This document shows positions 52,130-63,859 of a DNA stretch of 64,000 bases, piece after piece. Source of the stretch: Scyliorhinus canicula (lineage: Eukaryota). The number at the start of each line of letters is the position of its first letter. Position 1 is the stretch's first letter. The notes beneath the pieces are model-generated. The model was not told the origin of the DNA. It saw nothing but the letters and a program-made list of their open reading frames with translations, and searched no databases. Where the stretch lies: positions 861,072 to 925,071 of the forward strand of contig NW_024055447.1 of assembly GCF_902713615.1 (NCBI RefSeq), in the 5' to 3' direction. A program made the translations under genes and the position numbers.

Positions 52130-52750
52130 GAATGATCACTCATTCACCCTCACTCAACGTCACTCACACTCACTCACACTCACTCACACTCACTCACCGT
52201 CACTCACACTCACCCACCGTCACTCACACTCACCCACACTCACTCACACTCACTCACTGTCACTCACACTCACCCACACTCACTCACACTCACTCACTGT
52301 CACTCACACTCACTCACGCTCACTCGCCGTCACTCTCACTCACTCACACTCACTCACCGTCACTCACACTCACGCACACTCACTCACACTCACTCACCGT
52401 CACTCACACTGACCCACCGTCACTCACACTCACCCACACTCACTCACACTCACTCACTGTCACTCACACTCACCCACACTCACTCACACTCACTCACTGT
52501 CACTCACACTCACTCACGCTCACTCGCCGTCACTCTCACTCACTCACACTCACTCACCGTCACTCACACTCACGCACACTCACTCACACTCACTCACCGT
52601 CACTCACACTCACCCACACCCACTCACATTCACTCACCATCACTCATACTCACTCACACTCACTCACTGTCACTCACACTCACTCACTCTCACTCACACT
52701 CGCTCACCCCTGTTCACACTCACTCACAGTCACTCATACACACTGACTGA
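52130..52750. repeat. (CACTCA)n-type hexamer satellite
   Basis: cactcacactcactcac repeats; the His/Thr/Ser/Leu ORFs are translation artefacts. Confidence 0.95.
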
Positions 52751-52949
52751 TTAACCCATACTCATTTACCGACACTAAGTCACAATCCCTCCCTCAATCA
52801 TCCACCCTCATGCATCCATACCCACTAACCCACATTCATTCACACACCCACACTCACCTATGCACATCCTCAATCACCAACCCTCATTCCCTTACCCTCA
52901 CTCACTCACAGTAATCCGTCCGAACTAACTCATCCTCCCTCACCCACCT

Positions 52950-54950
52950 TGTCATCCACATTCACTTCCTCACCCTCACTCACCAACCCTCACCCAGCTT
53001 CACTCACCCACCCCCACTCACCAACCCTCACCCAGCTTCACTCACCCACCCTCACTAAACAACCCTCACCCAGCCTCACTCACCCACCCTCACTAACCAA
53101 CCCTCACCCAGCCTCACTCACCCACCCTCACTAACCAACTCTCACCCAGCCTCACTCACCCACCCTCACCCAGCCTCACTCACCCACCCTCACTAACCAA
53201 CCCTCACCCAGCCTCACTAACCAACCCTCACCCAGCCTCACTCACCCACCCTCACTCACCAACCCTCACCCAGCGTCACTCACCCACCCTCACTAACCAA
53301 CCCTCACCCAGCCTCACTAACCAACCCTCACCTAGCCTCACTCACCCACCCTCACTAACCAACCCTCACCCAGCCTCACTCACCCACCCTCACTAACCAA
53401 CCCTCAAACAGCCTCACCCACCCACCCTCACTAATCAACCCTCACCCACCCTCACTAACCAACCCTCACCCAGCCTCACTCACCCACCCTCACTAACCAA
53501 CCCTCACCCAGCCTCACTCACCCACCCTCACTAACCAACCCTCACCCAGCCTCACTCACCCACGCTCACTAACCAACCCTCACCCAGCCTCACTCACCCA
53601 CCCTCACTAACCAACCCTCACCCAGCCTCACTCACCCACCCTCACTAACCAATCCTCACCCACCGTCACTCACCCACCCTCACTAACTAACCCTCACCCA
53701 GCCTCACTCACCCACCCACCCTCACTAACCAACACTCACCCACCCTCACTAACCAACCCTCACTAACCAACCCTCACCCTGCCTCACTCACCCACCCTCA
53801 CTAACCAACCCTCACCCAGCCTCACTCACCCACCCTCACTAACCAACCCTCACCCACCATCACTCACTCACACTCACTCACCCACCCTCACACTCACCAA
53901 CTCTCACTCACACTCACTCACACTTACACACACTCAACCAGCCCACTCACACTTATTCACTCACCCCCACTCACCCTCGCTCACCAACAATCACCCACCC
54001 TCATTCACTGTCACTCACTCGCCCACTCTCACCCACACTCACTCTCTCACACTCATTCACCCACATTCAACCACCCCACTCTCACTCGCTCACCCTCACT
54101 CACCAACCCTCACCCACCCTCACTCAATCACTCCAACTCACCCTCACTCACCAACCCTCACCCATCCTCATTCACACTATCTCACTCACCCACCCTCACC
54201 CTCACTCACTCACACTCATTCACCCACACTCAACCACCCCACTCACTCACTCATCCTCACTCACCGACTCACACTCACACTCGCACACACTCACTCACCC
54301 ACACTACTCACACTCAGTCACACTCACTCACCCTCACTCGCCAACCCTCACCCCATCTCTCACACTCATTCCCGCAACTACATTCACTCACTCCCACTCA
54401 CCCTCACTCACCAACCTTCACTCACACTGACTCACACTCACTCACCCACAGCCAACCACCCCACTCAAACCCACTCACCCACTTTCAATCACTCACACTC
54501 ACTCAACCACCCTTGCTCATGGAAATCACTCAGTCCCTTCACTCAGCCACCGTCACTCACTCACACTCACTTATTCACTCACTCCACACAAATTAATTCA
54601 CTCCCCTAACTCAACCAGTCTCACACGCCCAGCTTCGCTCACTTTTCATAACTCACGCACCCTCATTCACCCACAGTCATTCGCTCACCCAATGTGATTC
54701 ACTCACCCACACTCATTCACCCTCACTCATCCACCCTCATTCACTCAACTTCATTTACACGCCCTCACTGAGCCTCACCTTCATTCACCCACCTTCACTC
54801 ACTCAGTAGGCCTCATTCACACATCCTCGCTCACCCACTGTCACTCACTCTCCATCATTCATGCATCCTCCCTCCCTCACCCACCATTACTCACGCAGCC
54901 ACATTCAGAAACCTCAGATCACCCAAAATCTCACTCAACACCAAATCGCC
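52950..54950. repeat. C-rich satellite: 38-bp unit in 52970-53850, decaying to CTCAC(C) repeats
   Basis: Unit CTCACCCAGCCTCACTCACCCACCCTCACTAACCAACC (22 C, 1 G); period 38 between 53471 and 53509. Confidence 0.95.
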
Positions 54951-54963
54951 CACTCATTTATTT

Positions 54964-55251
54964 ACATGCTGTGGAGATGCTGGCGTTGGATTGGGTGAGC
55001 ACAGTAAGAAATCTGACAACTCCAGGTTAAAGTCCAACAGGTTTGTTTGAAACTCTAGCTTTCGCAGCACTGCTCCTTCCTCAGGTGAGTGAAGAGGTAG
55101 GTTCCAGAAATATATATACAGACAAAACTCTATATGTATGTTTCTGGAACATATCTTTTCATTCACCTGAGGAAGGAGCAGTGCTCCGAAAGCTTGTGTT
55201 TGAAACAAATCTGTTGGACTTTAACCTGGTGTTGTAAGACTTCTTACAGTG
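54964..55251. mobile_element. Imperfect ~260-bp palindromic element (same family as 39.2 kb) with ~11-bp TSD
   Basis: Inverted arms ...ccaggttaaagtccaacaggtttgtttgaaac... and ...gtttgaaacaaatctgttggactttaacctgg...; direct repeat CTCATTTATTT at 54953-54963 and 55252-55262. Confidence 0.8.
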
Positions 55252-55689
55252 CTCATTTATTTTCAACCACCACCGTCGCCCATGCATCCTCCCTCACTCA
55301 CCAATCCATCCTCAATCATTTACAATCGCACGCCCATCCTCATGCTCCACACTCATACGCGCCCACCATTGTTCATGCACACACACTGACACACCATGCC
55401 ACCCTCTTCTCACTCCCGCCCTAATTCACACCCACGCTCGCTCACCCTCATTCACTTGTCCCCTTGCTCACTAAATGGGAGGAGTTAGTCTGCAATAAGA
55501 GAGGAAGAGAGAATTGGAGCGAGGAGTGAGAGCCAGTGTGCACGAATGTGGTGGCCTGGCAAGGCGGCAGTAGGACCCAGGAGAAAGAGAAGAGAGCTGG
55601 AGGGAAGCGTCAGGGTCGGGGGCGGGGAGAATTGTAAAGAGGACGTGGGAAAATATCGAGGGAGAGGAACATGTCAAAGAGTCATGGAA

Positions 55690-58600
55690 TAGAGCAGAGA
55701 GCCCTGGAAAAGGTAGAGAGATGGGGAAATGTGCGGGAAGCCTCGGAAAAGGCAGAGAGCTGTGGAAAACTGCGGGGAGCCTGAGAAAATATAGAGAGTT
55801 GGGGAAAGCACAGGGAGCCTGGGAAAAGGCAGAGAGCTGGGGAAAAGCACAGGAAGGCTGGGAAAATATAGAGAGCTGGGGGAAAGCATAGGAAGCCTGG
55901 GAAAATATAGAGAGCCGGGGAAAGGACAGGGAGCCTGGGAAAAGGCAGAGAGCAGGGGGAAAGCACAGGGAGCCTGGGAAAAGGCAGAGAGCCGGGGGAA
56001 AGCATAGGGAAGTTGGGAAAAGGTAGAGAGTTGGGGAAAAGCACAGGGAGACTGGGAAAAGGCAGCGATCTGGAGAAAGTACAGGGAGCCTGGGAAAAGG
56101 TAGAGGTTTGGAGGAAAGCGCGTAAGCCTGGGAAAAGGTAGAAAGCTGGGAAAACGTGCGGGGAACCTGGGAAAAGGTAGAGAGCTGGGGAAAAGCACAG
56201 TGAGCCTGGGAAAAGGTAGAGAGCTGGGGGAAAGCACAGGAAGCCTGGAAAAGGTAGAGAGCTGGGGAAAAGTGCGGGGAGTCTGGGAAAAGGCAGAGAG
56301 CAGGGGAAAAGCGCAGGGAGTCTGGGAAAGGGCAGAGAGCGGGGGAAAGCACAGGGAGCCTGGGAACAGGCAGAGAGCTGGGGAAGAGCACAGGAGCCTG
56401 GGAAAATGTATAGAGCTGTGGGAAAGCGCAGGGAGCCTGTGAAAAGGTAGAAAGCTGGGGAAAAGTGCGGGGAGTTTGGGAAAAGGCAGAGAGTTGGGGG
56501 AAAGCGCAGGGAGTCTGGGAAAGGGCAGAGAGTTGGGGGAATAGGATAGGGAGCCTGGAAAACGTTTGAGAGCTGGAGGAAAGCAAAAGGAGTCCGGAAA
56601 ATGCAGGAAGTGGGGCGAAAGCTCAGGGAGCCTGGGAAAAGGCTGAGAGCTGGGGAAAAGCGCAGGGAGCCTGGGAAAAGGCTGAGAGCTGGGGAAAAGC
56701 GTAGGGAGACTGGGAAAGGCTGAGAGCTGGGGAAAAGCACAGGGAGACTGGGAAAAGGCTGAGAGCTGGGGAAAAGCGCAGGGAGACTGGGAAAAGGTAG
56801 ACAGCTGGGAAAAAGCGCAGGATGCCTGGGAAAAGGTAGGGAGCTGGGAAAAAGCACAGGATGCCTGGAAAAAGGTAGAGATCTGGGAAAAAGCACAGGA
56901 TGCCTGGGAAAAGGTAGAGAGCTGGGGAAAATCACAGGAAGCCTGGGAAAAGGTAGAGAGCTGGGGAAAATGACAGGAAGCCTGGGAGACGATATGGAGA
57001 TGGGGGAAAGCACAGGGAGCCTGGGAAAAGATAGAGCTGGGGAAAAGCGCAGGGAGACTGGGAAAAAGTATAGAGCTGGGGAAAAGTGCAGGGAGCCTGG
57101 GAAAAGAAGGAGCTGGGGAAAAGCGCAGGGAGACTGGGAAAAGATAGAGCTGGGGAACAGCGCAGGGAGACTGGGAAAAGGTAGAGAGCTGGGGAAAAGT
57201 GCAGGGAGCCTGGGAAAAGAAGGAGCTGGGGAAAAGCGCAGGGAGACTGGGAAAATGCAGAGAGCTGGGGAAAAGTGCAGCGAGCCTGGGAAAAGGTAGA
57301 GAGCTGGTGGGAAAGCGCAGGGAGCCTTGGAAAGGATGGAGCTGGGGAAAAGCACAGGGAGGCTGGGAAAAGGCAGAGAGTTGGGGAAAAGCAGAGGGAG
57401 TCTGGGAAAGGGCAGAGAGTTGGGGGAAAGCACAGGGAGCCTGGGAAAAGGTAGAGAGCTGGGGAAAGCACAGGGAGCCTGGGAAAAGGCTGAGAGCTGG
57501 GGATAAGCACAGGGAGCCTGGGAAAAGGCTGAGAGCTTGGGGAAAGCACAGGGAGCCTGGGAAAAGGCTGAGAGCTGGGGAAAAGCGGAGGGAGATTGGG
57601 AAGGGCTGAGAGCTGGGGAAAAGCGCAGGGAGACTGGGAAAAGGCTGAGAGCTGGGGAAAAGCACAGGGAGACTGGGAAAAGATAGAGAGCTGGGGAAAA
57701 GCACAGGATGCCTGGGAAAAGGTAGAAAGCTGGGAAAAAGCACAGGAAGCCTGGGAGACGATATGGAGATGGGGGAAAGCACAGGGAGCCTGGGAAAAGA
57801 TAGAGCTGGGGAAAAGCGCAGAGAGACTGGGAAAAGGTATAGAGCTGGGGAAAAGTGCAGGGAGCCTGGGAAAAGAAGGAGCTGGGGAAAAGCGCAGGGA
57901 GACTGGGAAAAGATAGAGCTGGGGAAAAGTGCAGGGAGCCTGGGAAAAGAAGGAGCTGGGGAAAAGCGCAGGGAGACTGGGAAGAGGTAGAGAGATGGGG
58001 AAAAGCACAGGGAGCCTGGGAAAAGGTAGAGAGCTGGGGGGAAAGCGCAGGGAGCCTGGGAAAAGATGGAGCTGGGGAAAAGCACAGGGAGGCTGGGAAA
58101 AGGCAGAGAGTTGGGGAAAAGCAGAGGGAGTCTGGGAAAGGGCAGAGAGTTGGGGGAAAGCACAGGGAGCCTGGGAAAAGGTAGAGAGCTGGGGAAAGCA
58201 CAGGGAGCCTGGGAAAAGGCTGAGAGCTGGGGATAAGCACAGGGAGCCTGGGAAAAGGCTGAGAGCTTGGGGAAAGCACAGGGAGCCTGGGAAAAGGCTG
58301 AGAGCTGGGGAAAAGCGGAGGGAGACTGGGAAGGGCTGAGAGCTGGGGAAAAGCGCAGGGAGACTGGGAAAAGGCTGAGAGCTGGGGAAAAGCACAGGGA
58401 GACTGGGAAAAGATAGAGAGCTGGGGAAAAGCACAGGATGCCTGGGAAAAGGTAGAGAGCTGGGAAAAAGCACAGGAGCCTGGGAGACGATATGGAGATG
58501 GGGGAAAGCACAGGGAGCCTGGGAAAAGATAGAGCTGGGGAAAAGCGCAGACTGGGAAAAGGTATAGAGCTGGGGAAAAGTGCAGGGAGCCTGGGAAAAG

Positions 58601-59170
58601 AAGGAGCTGGGGAAAAGCGCAGGGAGACTGGGAAAAGATAGAGCTGGGGAAAAGTGCAGGGAGCCTGGGAAAAGAAGGAGCTGGGGAAAAGCGCAGGGAG
58701 ACTGGGAAGAGGTAGAGAGATGGGGAAAAGCACAGGGAGCCTGGGAAAAGGTAGAGAGCTGGGGGGAAAGCGCAGGGAGCCTGGGAAAAGATGGAGCTGG
58801 GGAAAAGCGCAGGGAGACTGGGAAAAGGCAGAGAGCTGGGGAAAAGCACAGGGAGCCTCGGATACGGCAGCGAGCTGGGGTGGGGGGGGGGGACACATGG
58901 AGCCTGGGAAATGGTATAAAGCTGGGTTAAAGTACAGGGAGCCTGGGAAAAGGCAGAGAGCTGGGGAAAAGCACAGGGAGCCTGAGAAAAGGCAGAGAGC
59001 TGGGGAAAAGCACAGGGAGCCTGGGAAAAGGCAGAGAGCTGGGTAAAAGCACAGGGAGCCTCGGAATGGGTAGCGAGCTGGCCGGGGTGGGGGGTGGGGG
59101 GGGGGGGGGGTACACGGAGCCTGGGAAATTGTATAAAGCTGTGTAAAGTATAGGGAGCCTGGGAAATACG
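55690..59170 (+). repeat. G/purine-rich 39-bp satellite containing GAGCTGGGG (switch-region-like); purine-rich flanks extend to ~55480 and ~59450
   Basis: Unit GGCAGAGAGCTGGGGAAAAGCACAGGGAGCCTGGGAAAA (17 G, 14 A, 6 C, 2 T); period 39 at 58952, 58991 and 59030. Confidence 0.97.
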
Positions 59171-60133
59171 AGAGCTGAGTAGTGAGCAGGTGAGATGACC
59201 AGAGAGCTGAGCGCAGACAGGGGAGAGAATCTGCAGGAACACGGGGAAAAGTGGTAATTGCTGGGCCAAAGCCAATAATCAGGGGGCAAAGTGCCATGTT
59301 CTGGGGAAAAGCACAAAGAGCAAGTGGAAAGTTCCAGAAGCTGAGGCAAAGAGCAAACAACCTGAAAAGATGCAGCTGGGCAAATTACAGAAGTGGAGGA
59401 AAGATCAGAGAGCTGGGAAAAGCGCAGAGAGCTGGGAAAAGGACAGGAAGCTGGTTAACGCGGATACATGGAATGCGGAGTCCATCCCACAATCCGCTCC
59501 GCCATAATCATATTGAATAGTGCAGGAGACCTGAGGGACCGAATGGCCGCATCCCGCTTTTAATGTCCAGGGTCCTGTAATTGGAGAATTTTGGAGTTAC
59601 TTGCACATGTGCTCAAACGTAGAATTTTATAGTCATTATTTAAATACCTGGATGATTTTTCTGAAGCAAAGTCACGACTCCTTGTTTTGGGGAGTGGGGG
59701 TAGTGAGGTGGAGAGAGGGGGGACAACAGTCAGTTTGAACACAGGCAATTTCCAAAACAGCAATGACAGAAATGGAGAGACAACTTCTTTATCACAAAGT
59801 GCTGTTGGTGGAAAAAACATTGGTGTCATAAATAATGGGGAAACCCTCCGCTCTGCTCATTGAAAGGAATGAATGGTACATTTTCAGATGACACCACAAT
59901 GCTAATTTCTGCAAGGTGTTAGAAATGGAGAAAGAGATGTGAGTTTCTAAAGAGGGAATAAACAAATGGTGATTCTCAAAAGTTAGAAGTAACAGAAGCT
60001 CAAGTATGGATGCAGTTTTAATGCGAACGGTTTATGATAAATTTGTAACTTTATCCAAATTCTAAGTTCTAAGATTCTAATCTTAATGACAAATCCCAGA
60101 GTCTAACTTGTTCAATTGGCCATTCTCTCCCAG

Positions 60134-60430
60134 CGACACCGTCTCCGCCCACTCTCTACAGCCTGGTCTCCTGTCAGCAACACAACACCGGCGGCTCCGT
60201 CACCTACGGCTGTTTGGCGATGGACTACTCCCCAGAAATCACCAGCCTTACCTGGAAGAAAGATGGGCAGCTGATCAGCACTGGAGTTAAGGAATACCCG
60301 TCAGCAAGAAACAAGAAGGGAACCTACACCCTGAGCAGCCAGTTAACCATCACCGAGTCAGAGGGGGAATGCAGCAAAATCAGCTGTGAGGTTCGACACA
60401 GCGGCTCAGACAAGAGCATTGGAATGACAT
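60134..60430 (+). CDS. IGHM: IgM constant exon Cmu1
   Basis: cccag| acceptor; [45 protein letters not shown]...[16 protein letters not shown]...[17 protein letters not shown]; T|GTAAGT donor; 297 nt, phase 1, in frame with JH. Confidence 0.97.
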
Positions 60431-60631
60431 GTAAGTGTTATGGAAACTGTGCGAAGCAGAACCGCTGTGATTACTTTATTTACACCTTTGGCTATAACAT
60501 ATTTATGATAAAGTGTGCCGTTCTGATTCCTGAGGAAAATATTGGCCGCAGAGAAACAGTTAAAATATAATAAATCATTTTATTTGTCACACCATCTTCT
60601 GCAAGAAATGTCTAAATTGTGTTTCTTGAAG

Positions 60632-60940
60632 GCCCGCCTGGTGTCCCTCCACATGTTATCCTCACCGTGAGTTCCAGTGAAGAAATCACAAGACAGAAAT
60701 TTGCAACCATCGTCTGTTCAATTAACGATTTCCAGACAAATTCAATCACGGTAAAGTGGCTGAAGAATGGACAACCCATGGCTTCAGGAATTGTCACCTC
60801 TCCCGCCTGTGAAGTGAACGGGAACTTCTCGGCGAGCAGTCGGCTGACAGTCTCCGCTGGGGAATGGTTCAGCAAAGCGGTCTATACCTGCCAGGTCACT
60901 CATCAAGAGGTCACCCAAAGTCACAACATCACCGCGTCTG
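60632..60940 (+). CDS. IGHM: IgM constant exon Cmu2
   Basis: ttgaag| acceptor; [34 protein letters not shown]...WLKNG...[19 protein letters not shown]; G|GTAAGA donor; 309 nt. Confidence 0.97.
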
Positions 60941-61571
60941 GTAAGAGACACAAACAGAGGAAACAATAAATCATCCTGAACTCTGATGTTAATCCAAATC
61001 AGGAATTTATTAAAATCAGGACAAAGCACAGAATAACTTCTAATTTACTGCCATGTAGTTTGTGTTTCATTCTGATGTAAGAGCTGCATTTGGATTGCTC
61101 ACCATTCAGGATTTGATCAGCAGAGAAATAAATGTTTCCCTCTAATTTGAAGTCATTTAGTGAGTGAGGTGGATTTGATATCAGCCTTATCCTGAGACAG
61201 CTGATTATATTTGAGAGGCAGTAGGTGTCTGAACCCCTTTATTGATAACAGCTCCAAGGAAAATTGTTGGAAAGTTCATTCAACCTATTTATAAATCAGC
61301 CTTCCGTATTAGGTTTCCGAGATCAGGATTGGAATATTTGTATTGGGAATGCTGCAATACTCGTTCATTAGAATGCCATTGGTGCTGACTGTATTTCACA
61401 ATGAGAATCGTTTAAGATGACCAAACTGGTTTTCCATTGTGTACAGAAGATTAATGGCGATCATTGGAAGTTTCGAAGTTGATTTATTCCCATTGAGTGA
61501 GTGAAGGCTGAATCCTTCTGTCCTGATTCTGAAGATGAAACTTGTGTTGATTTTCATGTTTTCATTCACAG

Positions 61572-61880
61572 ATCCTTCTGATTGTATTACCGCCTCAGTA
61601 ACAATACTGCCACCACCAATAGAACAGGTCTTACTGGAGGCGACTGTCACCTTAACCTGCGTCATTTCGAATGGTCCTTATGGAGTCAACGTGTCCTGGA
61701 GTGAAGCGAAGAAGCCGCTGAAATCAGAGATTGCCGACCAGCCTGGGGCAGATACTGAGAGCGTGGTCAGCAAATTAAACATCTCGACACAAGCCTGGCT
61801 GAGTGGGGCTGTGTTTGACTGTGTGGCGAGCCATCAGGACCTGCCAACTCCTTTAAGAATTTCAATCCACAAAAAAATAG
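61572..61880 (+). CDS. IGHM: IgM constant exon Cmu3
   Basis: tcacag| acceptor; [33 protein letters not shown]...VSWS...[28 protein letters not shown]; G|GTGAGC donor; 309 nt. Confidence 0.97.
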
Positions 61881-62089
61881 GTGAGCGGTGAAACTGAAGC
61901 AATAAGTGAATCATTGTGTCTATTTCTGGTGTCAGTGCAGCGGTCAGTATTTAGCATTCAGTGTATTTATGGTCCATTCTGATTGGTAATTCCACGACTA
62001 AAAATTTTGGGCCTGTTGATCTTAAGGGGGAAATTGCTACGTAGATGAAGGAACAATGAATTAAAAGCAGTGATATGGGGTTTAGACGG

Positions 62090-63570
62090 AGCTAGACCAA
62101 TGGCCACAAGACGTAGGAGCAGACGTAGGCCATTCAGCCCAACAACACTGATCCAGCCTTCAATGAGATCATAACTGATCTGATGTGATGATCTTCAACT
62201 CCTCTTTCCCGCCTTCTCCCGCTGTTACCAGACACCTAAACGACCCTCTTACGGACTGACCTCATTAACACTACACCTCTGTATGCTTCACCCGATGCCG
62301 GTGTTAAGTAGTTACATTGTGTACCTTATGTTGCCCTGTTATGTATTTTATTTTATTTCCCTTTCTTTTCATGTACTGAATGATCTGTTGAGCTGCTTGC
62401 AGAAAATACTTTTCACTGTACCTCGGTACACGTGACAATAAACAAAATCCAATCCCATATCTCTCATTGGTTTAAAATATGTCTCTCTCAACCTTGAACA
62501 TACTGAACAACCCAGAATCTACAGCCCCCTGGGTTAAATAATTCTACAGCTCCCCGACGCTCTGAGAGAGGAAATTCCTTCTCATCTCTGTCTTAAATGG
62601 GCGAACATTGACTATGTGATCCTGCACTCTGGTCCGAGATGCTCCCACAAGGGAAAACAACCTCTCAGCGACTACACTCCGAAGCTCCCTGAGAATCTTT
62701 CATGTCTCAATTAGGCCGCCTTCGTTCTTCTAAACTCCAATCAGTCCAGGCCCAGCCTACTTAACTTCTCCCCATAAGAAAATCCCTCCATACTCGGGAT
62801 CAACATCGTGATCCTTCTCTGGACTGCCTTCAAAACCAATCTGTCTTCCTTAGATAAGGGCACCAAAACTATTCAAAATATATCAGGTGTAGTCTAACTA
62901 ATGCCTTGTATAGTTTTAGCTCGACTTCCACATGTTTATATTCTATTCCCTTTGAAATAAATGTCAACATTCAAATTGTCTCCATATTACCTGCAGAACT
63001 TGCGTTTTGTGGTTTCTGCGCGAGGATCCCCAATTCCCCCGTTACTTCAGCTTCCTACAGTCTTTCTCCAGCTAAATAATATTCCGTTATGTTCCTCCTC
63101 CTACCAAAGTGTCTCACCTCACATTTCTCAACATTATGTTCCATCTGCCAAGTTTTTACTCAGTAACTTAAGCTGTCTCTGTCGCTCTCTAGATTTTCTG
63201 TAACCTCACCACTTGCCTTTATATTTTTTGTCATCTGCAGCCGTGGGAAGAGTGCATTCATTTATTAAACACAGTTTTGAAATTTATGTATATTACATCT
63301 AATGCCCCCCTTTCTCTAGCTTTCTCCTTATCACCTCAAATAAGGGCAATAAATTTGTCAGGCATGATTTCACCTTCACGAAGCCGGGCTGACTCTGTTT
63401 GATTATATTGTGTATTTCTAAATGCTCAGCTATTGGATCCGTTATAATGGACTCAAACCGTTTCCCACTGACAGATGTTAAGGTCCCTGGCCTATAGTTA
63501 CCTGTTTTTGACACCCTCCCTTTTGAATAAGGGTGTTACATTGGCAGTTTTCTAATCCTCTTGGGGTAAG
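62090..63570 (-). mobile_element. Decayed CR1 fragments (with nested L2/Rex-like 3' end ~62220-62455) in the Cmu3-Cmu4 intron
   Basis: ORF 63299..63514 (NYRPGTLTSVSGK...QPGFVKVKSCLTNLL) and CR1 3'-end sequence at 62090-63240. Confidence 0.75.
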
Positions 63571-63859
63571 GTGGGAGGAGCCTGGTTTGGAGTTTAGACA
63601 CCAGCACAGAACAGTTGGGCCGAATGGCCTGTTTCCCTGCTGTACACTTTCTGAAACTTTCGAATCCAATATCCGTAAATTCTCAGGGAAAAGGATTGTG
63701 TCCACCTCTGCTCCGAGCTGGGAACCCGGACAGATCCCAATGTGGAAAATGGAAACCTTTAAAATCCAACACAAAACACATTTCTCTCACATCTACCCCG
63801 CGGTTCCATTGTCTCCGGAATTCCCCATTTTATTGACATTTATTGTACATTTTCTGCAG

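Noticed and set aside
52008-53134. His/Thr/Ser/Leu-rich ORFs
   Set aside because: Translations of the CACTCA and CTCACC satellites.
55471-59360. Very long ORFs (1228, 1197, 654 and 371 aa) on the minus strand and W/G/K/E-rich ORFs on plus
   Set aside because: Translations of the 39-bp satellite, whose C/T-rich strand rarely forms stop codons; periodic FPSSLPFPRLP peptides with no domain structure.
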